This document shows positions 28,641 to 42,808 of a stretch of 64,000 nucleotides of DNA, piece by piece. Location of the stretch: contig OX597815.1 of the NCBI GenBank assembly GCA_951406725.2, positions 48,360,001 to 48,424,000 on the forward strand. The letters run 5' to 3'. Each line of letters begins with the position of its first letter. Position 1 is the first letter of the stretch. The position numbers and the translations under genes were made by a program. This stretch comes from Octopus vulgaris (lineage: Eukaryota). A model generated the notes under the pieces. It was not told the origin of the DNA and did not search any database. It was given only the letters and a program-made list of their open reading frames with translations.

Positions 28641-29390
28641 TGTGTATCTAAGTGTACACATTAAACAAACCCAAATACTGAAAATAGACTTTCTGAAACT
28701 CCTTTTTGTCCGAAGAAATTTCAACAAATTTCTCCAGATGATTGAACAAAAGCAAACAAGACATAAATATAACTTGTCTCTGTCTGTCTGTCTCTCTCTC
28801 TCTCTCTCACCCGCTTTCCATCTTGTTCTGTCTTTCCCTCTGTCTGTTCCATAAGTGAGGTATTCAACTTGTTTTTCTAAGCATCTCTTTGGTACCATTA
28901 CTGTCAAAACCAAAGTGTCAAATTCCCACAATGCAATGTATACTATGTCATCGTAAGTTCCAATGGATAGTTCCAGGCTAAAAAAAAAATTGCCAATTTG
29001 ATTGAGAAGCTATCTACAATAAAAAATAATAATAATAATAATCAATAGGAAATAATAAAATCAATCTTGGAAGTTACAGTCACAACAAGAACATAAACAG
29101 CGACAACCATGATTTCAACACTAAAGGGAGTTATAGAAATAGAAAAAAAGAAACAATATTAAACAACAAAAATACCAAACATTTCAAAAGTGACAATGAT
29201 TGCTCCAATATTAACTTTTTTAAGTGGTAAATGATTCAAATGAATGCACTTATTGAACAAATATAAATAAATAATATATATTATTTCATGTTTATATATG
29301 TGTGCATGTACATGTCTGACTATCTATCTTTCTATCTATCTATCTATCTATATGTATATATATATATATTATTTTAAAAATATGTATGTG

Positions 29391-29432
<42 letters not shown>

Positions 29433-30140
29433 TATGTATGTATGTATATATATGTATATGTATATTTATATATATATAAATATATAAATAAATATATATA
29501 TATATATATATATAATTTCATGCTTGTGCATGTATATATATGTATGTTTATGTATATACATATATATACATATGCATATATATATACATATACATATATA
29601 TTATTTCATATGTATGTGTGTGGGTATATGTGTGTATGTGTGTGTGTGTGCATTGAAATATGTTTGTGTGTGTGTGCATGAACTAGAACGAGAGTTGATG
29701 AGTTTTATTATATGTATTGAAACAAAAAGTACATTGAAATTATAGAAGATAGTAAATTGAGTGAAAATGAAAAATTTATAAATATCAATAAATAACTAAA
29801 TGTTAAATAAAGGTCAAAGTGGATTCTGTGCTAATAAATAATTTATCAAAAGCTGAAGTTTGAAACCATTGGATGAAATAAGTTTATTATTTAGTCCCGA
29901 GTTAAACCTCATCAAGCAAACTTAAACAATAATGGTTTCAAATTCCAACCCAAGGCCAGTAATTTCAGGGGATAAGTTGATTATGTTGACCCCATGATCG
30001 ACTAGTACTTACCTTATTGACTCTGAGAGTCAACCTGAGTGGAATTTGAACTGAGAACTTAAAGACGGACAAAATGCTGCTAAGCATTTTGCCCTGGAAG
30101 TGGAAATGAGTATAATAACAATTATTCAGAAGTTGTTGTG

Positions 30141-30645
30141 ACCCCCTTTGGTCATGAATGACCATGGGATTGCACCTAGAAAGTTACCCTCCGAGGCACA
30201 AGTCTGGGCAAGGTTGTTTATGGAAGACCAGCAGTTGCCCACGCATACCAGCCTCCCCTCTCCACACCACCGATGTTATCCAAGGGAAAGGCAAAGGCCG
30301 ATACAGCTTGGTACTAGTGATGTTGCAGCTCATTTATTAATGTGCAAGTGGCAGAGCACTCCACAGACACGTGTACCCTTAATGTAGTTCTTGGGGAGAT
30401 TCAGCATGACACAGAGTGTGACAAGGCTGACCTTTTGAAATAACAGTACAACAGAAACTGAAAGAAAGAGCGAGAAAAAGTTGTGGTGAAAGAGTATAGC
30501 AGGGTTCACCACCACACCCTGCTGGAGCCTTGTGGAGCTTTAAGTGTTTTCACTCAATGAACACTCACAATGCCCAGTCTAGGAATCGAAACCGTGATCC
30601 TATGACCACGAGTTCGCTGCCCTAGCCACTGGGCCATTTTGCCTC
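30141..30645 (-). mobile_element. Composite tRNA-SINE (family C 3' body joined to a related head)
   Basis: Reverse complement of the 58720-58905 body; tRNA-like head GGAGGCAAAATGGCCCAGTGGCTAGG..GGTTTCGATTCC. Confidence 0.75.
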
Positions 30646-30880
30646 CTATTCAAAAGTAGACACCCAACATTTTACATATTTCTTGTTATAATTCAGCTTT
30701 TGATAACCTGACATACTTGTTGCAATTCTACCTTGGCCAATAACTCATTGTTTTTGCCAAGTTAGAAATTCAGCTGGCTTGAATTTCTCATACTTTTGGT
30801 TGTTATCTTCTTTATACAAGTTCTATCCAGTTATCTTAGCTGGCTGGCCATAATATTGTTAGGGTAAAACAATAATTTAT

Positions 30881-31142
30881 ATTGCAGCATGGAAGGTGCT
30901 TATAAGCCATTTAAGAAACAAACAAAACCGTTAGATTCACTTCAACATTTAAATTCAATTTGTCAAAATATTTTCATCGCTTTCAGACCACAACCTGTTG
31001 ACTAACAAAATTCCATGCTAGTGAACAGGTCGTGGTCTCAAAGTGACGAAAATATTTTGGTAAATTAAATTTAAATATTGAAGTGAATCTAATGATTTTG
31101 TGTGTTTCTTAAATGGCTTATAAACAACTTCCCCGTTGCAAT
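30881..31142. repeat. Divergent inverted pair (30881-31007 / 31016-31142) of a hammerhead-bearing pLTR fragment
   Basis: Arms are reverse complementary with moderate divergence. Confidence 0.85.
31016..31062 (+). ncRNA. Minimal type I hammerhead-like motif, G3:C8 core variant (decayed mirror copy 30961-31007)
   Basis: tgcta GTGAACA g gtcgt-ggtctcaaa-gtgac GAAA ATAT TT tggta; all stems pair (with G-U), palindromic ATAT. Confidence 0.6.
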
Positions 31143-31327
31143 TGTTTCTGTTCAAGCACACAATCTCAGATCAGGTCACTTGCCATGCAAGTACATCTCC
31201 ATAATAATTTATATGATTTCAATTTACTAAGCGAAATTTTTGTTTCCGTGTTTATTTCCATTTTTTACATGCAGTCGAATAATTCCTTTAGAATTTCTAA
31301 TTGGTAGTTCAGAACATTTTTTTTTAT

Positions 31328-31890
31328 AAAGGGTGTTTGGGAACAGCTTCATATATTGGTCAATAGTCAACAGTGTTGGAGAGCATAAAGATTAAAGTTG
31401 TAGTTGGGCAAAAGTTAGCTAAGATGGAGAACTGGAAGCCATCTGAATATTGGGAAACAGTTACCTGTACCATGATGAGTCATGCCAGGTATCAAAATTC
31501 CCATATCATGACTGCTGCTCAATGCTCTGTGAACAATAGAATGGCTGTAAGATATGACATGGACAGCTGCAATAGAGACTACCAAGCTGTGGCCAGCAGG
31601 AAGGGACATTACAGGCATTTTGGGTGCATCTGCATACCAGGATTCATCCAACAAGTGCAGGACAGGGCTTTGGCTGAATTCAGACAGCTGTGAGAAGCTT
31701 CTGGAGATTATGGTCAAATCCTGGTGAGAAAGGGATACTGCTGGAAGGCCATATCTGTGGCAGCAAGATCTGATTCCTTGTCCTACCTCCAGAAAGAGTT
31801 AGAAGTGGTTGTTGGTGAATTTCTAAGTTATCACCAGCCCCTATTTCTTGCCCCCTAATTCCCCAGATTGTAATCCTATGGATTACTATT
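31328..31890 (+). pseudogene. Internally deleted Tc1/mariner (DD37D/maT-like) transposase remnant
   Basis: ..CCCCCTAATTCCCCAGATTGTAATCCTATGGATTACTAT = PPNSPDCNPMDYY; upstream WQQD-like motif. Confidence 0.7.
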
Positions 31891-32144
31891 CTTTTATTCC
31901 TTTACTTGTTTCAATTATTTGACTGTGGCCATGCTAGAGCACCACCTTGAAGGGTGGTAGTTGAATATATCGACCCAGGACTTATTTCTTAACCCTAGTA
32001 CTTATTCTGTTGGCCTCTTTTGCCAAACTGCTAAGTTACAGAGACAAACACACCAACACTGGTTGTCAAGTGCATTTTGCCTGGCATGCTATCACTTCTG
32101 GCAGCTTCTTACTTCCATGTTAGTCAATATTATGGTCATGGCAA

Positions 32145-32360
32145 AAGTGGTGAGCTGGCAAATCATTAGCATGCTGGGCAAAATGCTTAGCGGCATTTCG
32201 TCTGTCTTCAGGTTCTGAGTTCAGATTCTGCCAGTGTTGACTTTGCAGTTCATCCTTTTGGGGTCAATAAAATAAGTACCAGTTGAGTACTGGGATCGAT
32301 GCAATCAACTTACCCACTCCCTGAAATTGCCGGCCTTGTAATCAAAGTTTGAAATCAATA
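32145..32360 (+). mobile_element. SINE family B
   Basis: GTGGTGAGCTGGCAAATCATTAGCATG.. Confidence 0.75.
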
Positions 32361-32470
32361 TTATGGTCATGGTGAATTGGCTGAATCCTTAGGGCATCGA
32401 CCAAAATAACTTGTAGCATATAATTATGGCTCCTTATAATTTAAGTTCAAATCCTCTCTAGGTCAACTTT

Positions 32471-33501
32471 ATTTATGAAAATGGTAATTTAATTTCATAA
32501 ATCTAAATAATTTTTTTTTTCATAGATTTGATCAAAGGAAGAAAATGAAACTGTATTATTTATTGTGTATGTGTGTGCATGTGTGTGTGTGTGTGTTAAT
32601 TTTTTTGCAGTTCATTGAAATTTGAGACATTCTGGGGTCACACACAACAAAAAATATTGGTCAAATACTTAGCTTGATGTAATTAATTTTACCCTCATTA
32701 AATTCTGTGGTCTTGTGTCAATGCTAGAAATCAACATACCATTTTTAAAACTATATCTTTCCCTACCCCGACTAATGTGTGATTTTGTACCTATGCTAGA
32801 AGTCAATATTGTGGTTATGATAAATCATAGTAAATTGTACATATCCCAGTTTTTAGAATAGGTTATATCATATCTCTGCTGGTCATAAGAGGTGTGTAAA
32901 AGGGTTGCATCCAGTCATAAAACACTGCCTCATACAGATTCATCCAGCTAATACCAGCAGAGGAGAAAGAAATTAACATAGGATCAATGATGATGATGAT
33001 GTTAAATAAGTAATTTATTTGCAATATATAAATAAATGAATATTTTCGATAAATGAATTATTTATTAAGATATGAACATAGTGAGAGAGAGAGGGAAAGA
33101 GACAGTTGAAGATTTTTATTTTATAATGTGAAGCATACATCTAATGCTAATTCTGTGTTCTTATTTTGCTGACTAGATGATGATCATCAGAAAGGCCAGT
33201 TACATTTCACAAAGTTGTTATTGTTGTTGTTGGTGGTGGTGGTGGTGGGGTGGGGGTTAGGTCAGACAGACACCATCAGGTCAGAACATAAGTAATGAGC
33301 CTTGTGACATGAAATTCTCAAATTTCAATGAGCTACAAAAAAATGAACACACACACTCACACGCATACACACATACGCACACACACACACAGAGGCACAC
33401 ACATACACAATAAATAATACAGTTTCATTTTCTTCTTTTGATCAAATCTATGAAAAAATAATTATTTAGATTTATGAAATTAAATTACCATTTTCATAAA
33501 T
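32471..33501. repeat. Long inverted repeat, arms 32471-32642 and 33303-33501
   Basis: Outer ~100 bp are nearly identical in reverse complement. Confidence 0.9.
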
Positions 33502-33865
33502 ATGCAAAGCTTAAAATTATTATCATTAATTAATTAATTAATTAATTAGAAAGTTGATTTGATAACTATTTTAGTTATTTAATTATTTTAATCTTGATTC
33601 TTCAAAGGATTTTATTTTGCAAATTTACTATTCCAAAGAATCATTTCCTGGATTTATAAAATAAAACAAAACAAAACAAAGTGAAATAAAATGAATTTTA
33701 TCACGTATATTTTTAACACGATATGATATGTCATCAGTTAACTTGAACACAGAATTGATCACAGAGTGAAAAATAGTTAATAACTGGGCTTTTAATAGAA
33801 TCAATTATTCTGCTTTGTCTAATGACATTTTGAATTATATTGTTGAAAGCTTGATTAACATTTCA

Positions 33866-34127
33866 CAGGCGTGGTAAGAAGCTTGCTTCCCAACCACATG
33901 GTTCCAGGTTCAGTCCTACTATGTAGCACCTTGGGCAAGTGTCTTCTATTATAGCCACAGGGCGACCAAAGCCTTGTGAGTGGATTGGTTGACAGAAACT
34001 GAAAGAGGCCTGTCATATATATACATATACATATATATCCATATATATAAATATATATATGTATGTATATGTATATGTATGTATGTATATATATATATAT
34101 ACATATATATATACATACATACATACA

Positions 34128-34159
<32 letters not shown>

Positions 34160-34160
34160 C

Positions 34161-34220
<60 letters not shown>

Positions 34221-34440
34221 CGATTTGTGTGTGTTGTTGTGTCTGTGTATGTCTCCCCCATTACCACTTGACAAGTGGTGTGTTTATGTCCCCATAACTT
34301 AGTGGTTAGGCAAAAGAGACCAATAGAATAAGTACTAGGCTTTAAAAAAATGTAAAAAGTCCTGAGGTCGATTTGTTCAACTAAAATCATTCAGGGAAGT
34401 GCTCCAGGATGGCCACAGTCTAATGACTGGAACGAATAAA
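33866..34440 (+). mobile_element. SINE family A with expanded internal microsatellite
   Basis: Head, CORE-like segment and 3' body present. Confidence 0.85.
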
Positions 34441-34629
34441 TGAATTAATGAATATCATCATCATCATTTTCATTTTAACATTTGCTTTTTCACATTTGTA
34501 TGGCTCAGATGGAGTTTACTCAGTTAGGATCTTCAACAGCTGGATGCCTTTCCTGTTACCAACTATCATCTGTTTCCAAGAAAGGTGATATTTCTCTCAT
34601 GACCAGATATGTTTTCACAAAGGACTTTT

Positions 34630-35375
34630 ATTTTTTACTTGCTTCTGTCATTGGGCTGCAGTTATGAAGAGGCATCATTTTGAAGTACTCTGCTGAACAA
34701 ATCGATGCCAGTACATTTATTTTTTTAAAGTTTGATACTTATTCTATCAATCTCATTTGCTTAAATACTAAACTATGGAGTTGTAAACAAACCAACACTG
34801 ATTGTCAAACAGTGGTAGGGGCAAACACAAAAAAGCCTAGATAAGCACACACACACACACACACTTAAATGTTTTTATTCTTTACTCATTTCAGTCAGTT
34901 GACCGTGGTCATGCTGGGGCACCACCTTAAAGTATTTTTAGTTGAAGAAATTGACTCCAGGACTTATTCTTTGTAAGTCTAGTACTTATTCTATTGGTCT
35001 CTTTTGCCAAACTGCTAAGTTATGGGGATGTAAACACACCAACATCAGTTGTGAAGTGATGGTGGTGGAGGCCAATATGCACAAAGACACACTCGCATAA
35101 ATATATACATACACTGGGCTTCTTTCAGTTTCTGTCTACCAAATCCACCCACAAGGCTTTGGTTGGCCCAAGGCTACAGTAGAAGACACTTGCCAAGGTG
35201 CCATACAGTGGAACTGAACCTGGAACCATGTGGTTAGGAAGTAAGCTTCTAACCACACAGTGGTTACCCCCAAGACTATAAATAGAAGAAACTTGCTCAG
35301 GTACTATGCAATGGGACTGAACATGAAACCAAGTGGCTACAAAACAAGCCTCTTAACTGCACAGCCACATCTGTG
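34630..35375 (-). mobile_element. Cluster of SINE family A copies
   Basis: Full copy 34870-35260 plus fragments. Confidence 0.8.
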
Positions 35376-35616
35376 CTTATATACTTGTGACTCTAGACAT
35401 CAATCAGTGGTTTGGTTATTACCAACTTCTTGGACATATTGAAATTCAGGAAAAGAGCAGAAGACCTCTGGTGTGGTAGCTTCATTGTTGACCAAGAGAA
35501 AGAAACATTCTCAGCTGTTAGACAACTAAATTCAATCAACAGGTCTAAGACCTCATAAATGACCACACCAACAGGTCACTGATGGTGATTGCAGAGCAGC
35601 AGAAAACAACAGAGAA

Positions 35617-35852
35617 GGCGGCGAGCTGGCAGAAATGTTAGCACGCCGGATGAAATGCTTAGTGGTGTTTCATCTGCTGTTACGTTCTGAGTTCAAATTC
35701 AAAGGATGAGAGACTTTGCCTTTCATTCTTTTGGGGTCGATTAAATAAGTACCAGTTATGTACTGGAGTCGATGTAATCGACTTAATCCATTTGTCTGTC
35801 CTTGTTTGTCCTCTCTATGTGTAGCCCCTTGTGGGCAGTAAAGAAATAAGAA
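35617..35852 (+). mobile_element. SINE family B
   Basis: GGCGGCGAGCTGGCAGAAATGTTAGCACGCCGG.. Confidence 0.85.
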
Positions 35853-36501
35853 AACTACAGAGTCCACCATCAGATATGTAGTGCATGGGGAAATCAGATA
35901 CAAGCCCAAACTAAAGAGAAGGATATAGTACTTATCTAGAAAGACCAAAGAGAACTGCATAATTATGTTACACTCAATGTTATGTGGCTTCATAACTTAT
36001 GTAATTTGAACCTCTTCAATAACTTCATGCGGTGTGTCAATGAAGGGGGAACATCAGGCAGTTCCATGGTTCCAAGGAGGCAGTGGGAGATACTCCCAGT
36101 TGTGTGGTGACCATCATTGGTAAGTGTCCACCTGATCCTAGCATGCAGTCACTTCTATGGACACCTTGACACTATCATCGAAGCAATGTGTAGTTTTGTT
36201 AAAGAACCTTCGATGCACTGAGTTGGACATGAGTACAGTTTTTCTGGGAGTATGTTTTTGTTTTTACATTTAGTCTCTGTTTTTCTATGAGTGTTTTTTA
36301 TAATGTCCTAATGATTCTTCTACTTATAATAATAATAAAATATAATGACCTAAAGCAAATGTTTATGTGGAATGACTTTGATATGTATGTAAATATGTGT
36401 GTGTGTGTGTGTGTGTATGCACATGAAATACCCACTTCAAAGGCAGACTTGATACTGGTAACTGCTCTAAGTATGATTTTTCTTATTTGCTGAGCCCTGT
36501 G

Positions 36502-36537
<36 letters not shown>

Positions 36538-36599
36538 TTGCGTGTGTCTGTGTATTTGTGAGTGTGTGTATGTCGTTTGTGTTTTCTTCAAGTTTTATT

Positions 36600-37735
36600 T
36601 AAGTTCTTCCTATGAGACTTCAAGCTAGTCACTAACAAAGCGACAAAGGTTTTTGTATTAAAAGAATTCTCAGTATTTGTAAATATGTGATTGGATTGAT
36701 GTGTTGGTTGAGCTATCAATGCATGTATCCACATGTGTGCATGTATTCATCTAAAGAATTTCTGGTGGAGAATCTTTGGAATGTCTTATAAATTTTTCAC
36801 AGTACTATTAATAGATTGGATTTGGAGAATCCACATCAGTTTCTTTCACTCTTCCTTCAAAACAACTTAATATTTCTAGGTTTTTATGTAAATTTGCAGG
36901 TACATAACCTGATGTACCTATGAGGATAAATACAAATGAGAATTTATTGTCATTGTACAAGAGCTGTAAGTTCTGCATTAATTCAACATAAATCTTCTGT
37001 TCTTCCTGGACGTTTGATGGTACATTCACATCTACTGGACAGCTGACCTCAACAACAGTGCATAACATTTGTTCCTTGTCCCAAACAACAATATTAGGAC
37101 TGTTATGTTTGCACTGGATAGCTGATTTTATTGGAATGTTCCACCAATATTCCTGGTTTTTAAAGGTGTGAATACATTCTGATTCTGATATGACTTTGAT
37201 ATATATATATATATATATATATATCAGGGCAATATTTCCTGCAGATAATATTGTAAATAGTCTTTGCAGCTATATCATACCACAGGGGCAGGTAGTATCT
37301 CACAGACATTTTGGAGCAGCTGCTGATGATGTAGGTGATATCTTCCACACTGTTATAGCATAGGTGATATTTTCTGTCTCAATGTGGAGGTTTAATAGTG
37401 TCTTTATCAGGTGTTTAACTGTTATCTCCTGTTGAAGAATTGCAAAGGCATATCCTTCAAGGTGGAATGTAATTTATCCATCACAGGGTCAGGAGAGGGT
37501 ACTGTTCTGGCCAATGCTGTTGTTATCTTCTAGCTTACAGGTTATGTACCCATGCATTGTTTTCTGCTGATGCATACTTTGCCCCCAAGCTTCTGATTAG
37601 GTTGGCCAGTCCAGCCTCCTTTGGGTTGCATGAGAGGTATTCTCAGAGTATCTGCTGAGTAATTCTCCAATTCTAGAGATTTTGTTACTCTCACTTTTGA
37701 GTATGCATGGGATGTGCTCATTTCTTTCATTATTG
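36600..37735 (-). pseudogene. R4/Dong-like non-LTR retrotransposon C-terminus (CCHC knuckle + restriction-like endonuclease)
   Basis: HLC..EDITYIISSCSKMSVRYYLP; HNSPNIVVWDKEQMLCTVVEVSCPVD = decayed PD..D..E..K REL motif; frameshifted. Confidence 0.75.
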
Positions 37736-37739
37736 TTTA

Positions 37740-37891
37740 GCTGTGTGGTAAGTAGCTTACTTACCAACCACATGGTTCCGGGTTCAGCCCCACTACGTGG
37801 CACCTTGGGCAAGTGTCTTCTACTATAGCTTCAGGCCAACCAAAACCTTGTGAGTGGATTGGTAGATAGAAACTAAAAGAAGCATGTCATA

Positions 37892-37965
<74 letters not shown>

Positions 37966-38200
37966 TGTGTGTATATGTGTGTCTGTGTTTGTCCCCCCCC
38001 CCAACATCACTTGACAACTGGTACAGGTTTGTTCAAGTTTCTATAACATAGTGGTTTGGCAAACAAAGACCAATAGAATTAATACCTGACTTAAAAAAAT
38101 AAGTAACAGAGGCAATGTGTTTGACTAAACTCTTCAGGACAGAACCCCACCATGGTTGCAGTCCAATGACTAAAACAAGGAAAAGATAAGAAATAAAAGA
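37740..38200 (+). mobile_element. SINE family A
   Basis: Head to 3' tail; sits at the 5' (high-coordinate) edge of the REL remnant. Confidence 0.85.
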
Positions 38201-38222
38201 ATATACATACATACATACATAC

Positions 38223-38296
<74 letters not shown>

Positions 38297-38599
38297 ATGT
38301 ATGTATGTATGTATGTATGTATGTATGCATGTATGTATGTAGTTAGCTGGTGATGGTTAGTTTTGAAACTGTTCATTTATGAAGCTATGATATAAACTGA
38401 TGTGGCAGTTCTCTTGGGAAGTGTAAAAGTCATTAAGTAAAGTATTAGATAACAATTAGTAATAGTTCTGTTGGGAGGACTGATTAACGAAGACGAAGGC
38501 AATAACTGTAAAACTCATTGGAAGAGTGGACATTCATCAAATCATTTTATCTTCATCTTCTCATACAATTTGTATGTTTGCAACATATACATACATATG

Positions 38600-38631
<32 letters not shown>

Positions 38632-38759
38632 TGTATGTATGTATGTATGTATGTATGTATGTATGTATGTATGTATGTATACACACAGACTCACACACAT
38701 ATATACATGTATGCATGCATATATAAAAATATATACTGGTATACATATATATATTTATA

Positions 38760-38792
<33 letters not shown>

Positions 38793-39132
38793 ATATATAT
38801 AATGTTAAGTGTTGCACATTAGCAGTTATATTACAACTCAGGGAATGCATACACATATGCAGATGAAAACACACACACACATATACACTTACAAATCTAT
38901 ACACGAACATACATACAAGCACCAACTCTCATAAACTAACCTGCATACATACACTCAAACATATGTACAAGATGGGAGAGAAAGAGAGAGTAAAAGATGT
39001 AGGAGTAAAGAATAATTCAATTATTATGGTGTATCTGAGAGAGGTGAGTACACTTATCACTAGTTTCTTGATTTTTCAGTGCGATTTCTATGGGAGACAG
39101 CTAGAATAAATAAATAAATAAATAAATAAATT

Positions 39133-39678
39133 GGCTGTGAGGTAAGAAGTTTGCTTCCCAACCACTTGGTTCTGGGTTCAGTCCCACTGTGTGGCATCTT
39201 TGGCAAGTGCCTTCTACGATATAGCCCCAGCCCAAGTAAAGTCTTGTGAGTGGATTTAGTACATGGAAAATAAAAGAAGCTTGTGGCTGTGTGGTAAGTA
39301 GCTTGCTTACCAACCACATGGTTCCGGGTTCAGTCCCACTGCGTAGCACCTTGGGCAAGTATCTTCTACTATAGCCTCAGGCCCACCAAACCCTTGTGAG
39401 TGGATTTGGTAGATAGAAACTGAAAGAAGCCCATCGTATATATGTATATGTATATATATATGTGTGTGTGTGTTTGTGTGTCTGTATTTGTCCCCCCCCC
39501 CAACATTGCTTGACAATTGATGCTGGTGTGTTTACATCCCCGTAACTTAGCGGTTCAGCAAAAGAGACTGATAGAATAAGTACTAGGCTCAGAAAGAATA
39601 AGTCCTGGAGTCGATTTACTCGACTAAAGGCAGTGCTCCAGCATGGCCGTAGTCAAATGACTGAAACAAGTAAAAGAG
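39133..39678 (+). mobile_element. Tandem SINE family A (partial + near full copy 39284-39678)
   Basis: Near-consensus sequence. Confidence 0.9.
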
Positions 39679-39872
39679 TATATGACCATCATCATCATCA
39701 TCATCATCATCATCCGTTTTTCATGCTGGCATGGGTTGGACAGTTTGGCAAGAGCGGGCAAGCCACAGATCTCTATCAGGTTCCAGTTATGTGTCTTGGC
39801 TTGGTTTCTATGACTGGCTGCCCTTCCTAATGTATCTATGTGTGTGTGTATCATTATATACATATACATACA

Positions 39873-41114
39873 CAAGGATGGGCTGAAATGTACATAGGCA
39901 GACTATAAAGGAGGGACACTAGAACTGTGATATATTGCATGCCTTAATTTCAACCTTTCTTATTAATAACTGCACAGTTTCTTTCGAAGAACCTGACATC
40001 TGACCATTAAAAAAAAGACTTCAAAAGTAACTAATTTTGACTTCTCTTATAAATGGACAAAATTTGCCAACATGGTTTTATCAAGTTCCTGCAGAAAAAG
40101 GGTTTAGCCTCCAAGAACATTCATGCTGACATGGTTGCCACATTAGGGGATGAGACTCCAGATTTTTAGACAGAGCAAAAGTGGGCAGTTGAATTTAGGA
40201 GGGGAAGGGAAAGTCTTGAAGATGACCCAGCATCTGGACATCCTGTAACTGCCACCGCAAAGGAAAAAAATTGTTTGTATTCATCACATGGGGATGGATG
40301 ACAGGTGAGTGACTATAAATCAAATAACCAATACTATTAGCTTATCTCATCAGAGAGTTGAGTATATTCTGCAAAATGAACCTGGCATGATGACAGTATA
40401 TGCCTAGTGGGTACCACATCTTCTGACACTTGATCAGAAGTGCACCAGACTGATTGTATCATGAGAAAATCTGACACTGTTTGAGACAGGTCCAGTTGGT
40501 TTCCTTAAACTTTTCCAAACCCAGGATGAATGTTGGATTTATCACTTTGAGCCAGAGATGAAGAAACAGTTCATGTAGAAGAAACACCCCTCCTCACCTG
40601 CTCTGAAGAAGACCAAGGTTATTCATCTACAGGGCAGCTAATGGCCTCCATTTTTGGGGGTGCAAAAGGAATTGTATTTGTTGACTATCTTGAAAAGAGC
40701 CACACCATCAATGGAGAGTATTATGCTAACTTACTGAGGCAGTTAGAAGCTGTCAAGACTAAACACCCAAGAAAACTAACGAAGGGGGTCTTGTTTCATA
40801 AGTCCTTGGTTTCAATGGCTGCTGTGCATGACTGTGGCCTTGAACAATTGATAGGCTCCCTTATCCTCCTGATTTGGCCCCATCTGACTGTCATCTGTTC
40901 CCCAACAGGAAAAAACACTTGGCTGGGAACCAGTATCACAGTAATAATGGTGTCATATCTGCTGTTTATGACTCTTTTGGCAAACAAGAATCATGCAACA
41001 CTGATGTAAGAAGTGTGTGGATCACAAGTGGGGCTATGTTGATAAATAAACCTCATTTGGTTTCAGTTCATGAAAGTAGCTTGGTCAGCCTATGAACATT
41101 TCATCTAATCCTCG
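39873..41114 (+). mobile_element. Near full-length decayed mariner (DD34D) transposon
   Basis: TIRs ..GGGCTGAAATGTACATAGGCAGAC / GTCAGCCTATGAACATTTTCATC..; transposase from ATG ~40053 with WVPHLL and YPPDLAPSD motifs; many stops and frameshifts. Confidence 0.9.
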
Positions 41115-41850
41115 AATATGTAACAGTGAAATGAGTGTAAGAACTTTAACATAAACTTCTGCTTTTCCTTATCTCTCCAAAATGTGTATGTGTGTGTGTG
41201 TGTGTGAGTTTATGTTTGTCTCCCACCACCACTTGACAATCGATGTTGGTTTGTTTATGTCCTTGTAACTTAGTAATTAAGCAAAAGTGAGCAACAGAAT
41301 ATGTATCAGGCTTTAAAAAGAAAATGTACTGGATTGAATTCAACTGACTAAAACCCTTGAAGATTGCACCCCAGAATAACTGCTGTTTAATGACTGAAAT
41401 AAGTAGAAAACAAAAGATAAAATAAATAAATAAAATAAACAGATGAATATATATATATAAGAGAAGAAAGAATGTTCTTGTCTCATGATTATATTGGACC
41501 CTACTGGTCAATTTCTAAAGTAGGAACCTGTTTGTTTTATATTACCAATAATTTTTTTTTTAATTTCTCATTTATCAACATGCAAGTGTGTGTCATTAAT
41601 CAGTGAGCAAAGAAAGGTCCTTCTGTATGGTAATTCGATCTACTAGAAATAGAAGCTAAATATTTCTCAAATCATTCCCTGCTGTCATGGAAAATGAAGG
41701 ACACATTAGATATTGAAATCCTTGATATACTGTCTGTAAAGAAGATAGGATGGCTGTAGCTGTAATATGTTTGGACCTAGTCTCTGGTCAGGTATTCTTG
41801 ATGAGAGTTAAGTTGGGTGTTAAGCAATAACAACACTTTTTTGTTACCAT

Positions 41851-42808
41851 ATCATCATCATCGTCATTTAACGTCTGCTTTCCATGATGGCATGGGTTGG
41901 ACAGTTTGACTGAGGGCTGGCAAGCCAGATGGCAGCATCAGGCTCCAATCCAATCTGGCAAAATTTCTACAGCTGGATGCCCTTCTCAACGCTAGCCGCT
42001 CCGAGAGTGTAGTGGGTGCTTTTTACATGCAACTGGCACGGGACCAGTCAGACAGCACTGGCATCGATCACACTCAAATGGAGCTTTTTACATGTCACTG
42101 GCATGGGAGACAGTCAGGTGGCAATACCAATGATCATGCTCGAATGGTGCTTTTTACATGCCACCTGCACGGGACCAATTAGGCAGCACTGGCATTGACC
42201 ACGCTTGAATGGTGCTTTTTACGTGCCACCAGCATGGGTGCCAATCAGGCGGTACTGTCATCAGCCACGACAATGACTTCACTTGCCTCAACAGGTCTTC
42301 ACAAGCACAGTTTATTGCCCAGTGATTGAAGGGTGCTCTTAAATGGGCTGGTTATGCTGCACTGGCATAAGCCAAGGTTACAGTCTCACTTGGCTTGCCG
42401 GGTCTTCTCAAGCACAGCATATCTCCAAAGGTCTTGGTCACTTGTCATCGCCTCGGTGAGGCCCAATGTTCAAAGATCATGCTTCACCACCTCATCCCAG
42501 GCCTTCCTGGGTCTACCTCTTCTACAGGTTCCCTCTACTGCTAGGGTGTGACACATTTTCACACAGCTGTCCTCAGCTATATGCAACACATGACCATACC
42601 AGCGCAGTCGTCTCTCTTGCACACCACATTTGATGCTTCTTATGTCCAACTTTTCTCTCAGGATGCTTACACTCTGTTATGTATGCATACTGACATTACA
42701 CATCCAGTGGAGCATACTAGCTTCGTTCCTTGCAAGCTTACACATGTCCTCAACAGTTACAACCCATGTTTCACTGCCATGTAGCATGGCTGTTCGCACA
42801 CATGCACG
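41851..42808 (-). mobile_element. RTE LINE 3' fragment (~950 bp)
   Basis: Homologous to 47468-48270; RWYGHV-coding segment, 3' UTR subrepeats and (GAT)n tail. Confidence 0.9.

Noticed and set aside
28885-28920. miR-9-like TCTTTGGT hairpin
   Set aside because: Only 8 nt match and a 7-bp stem; not a pre-miRNA
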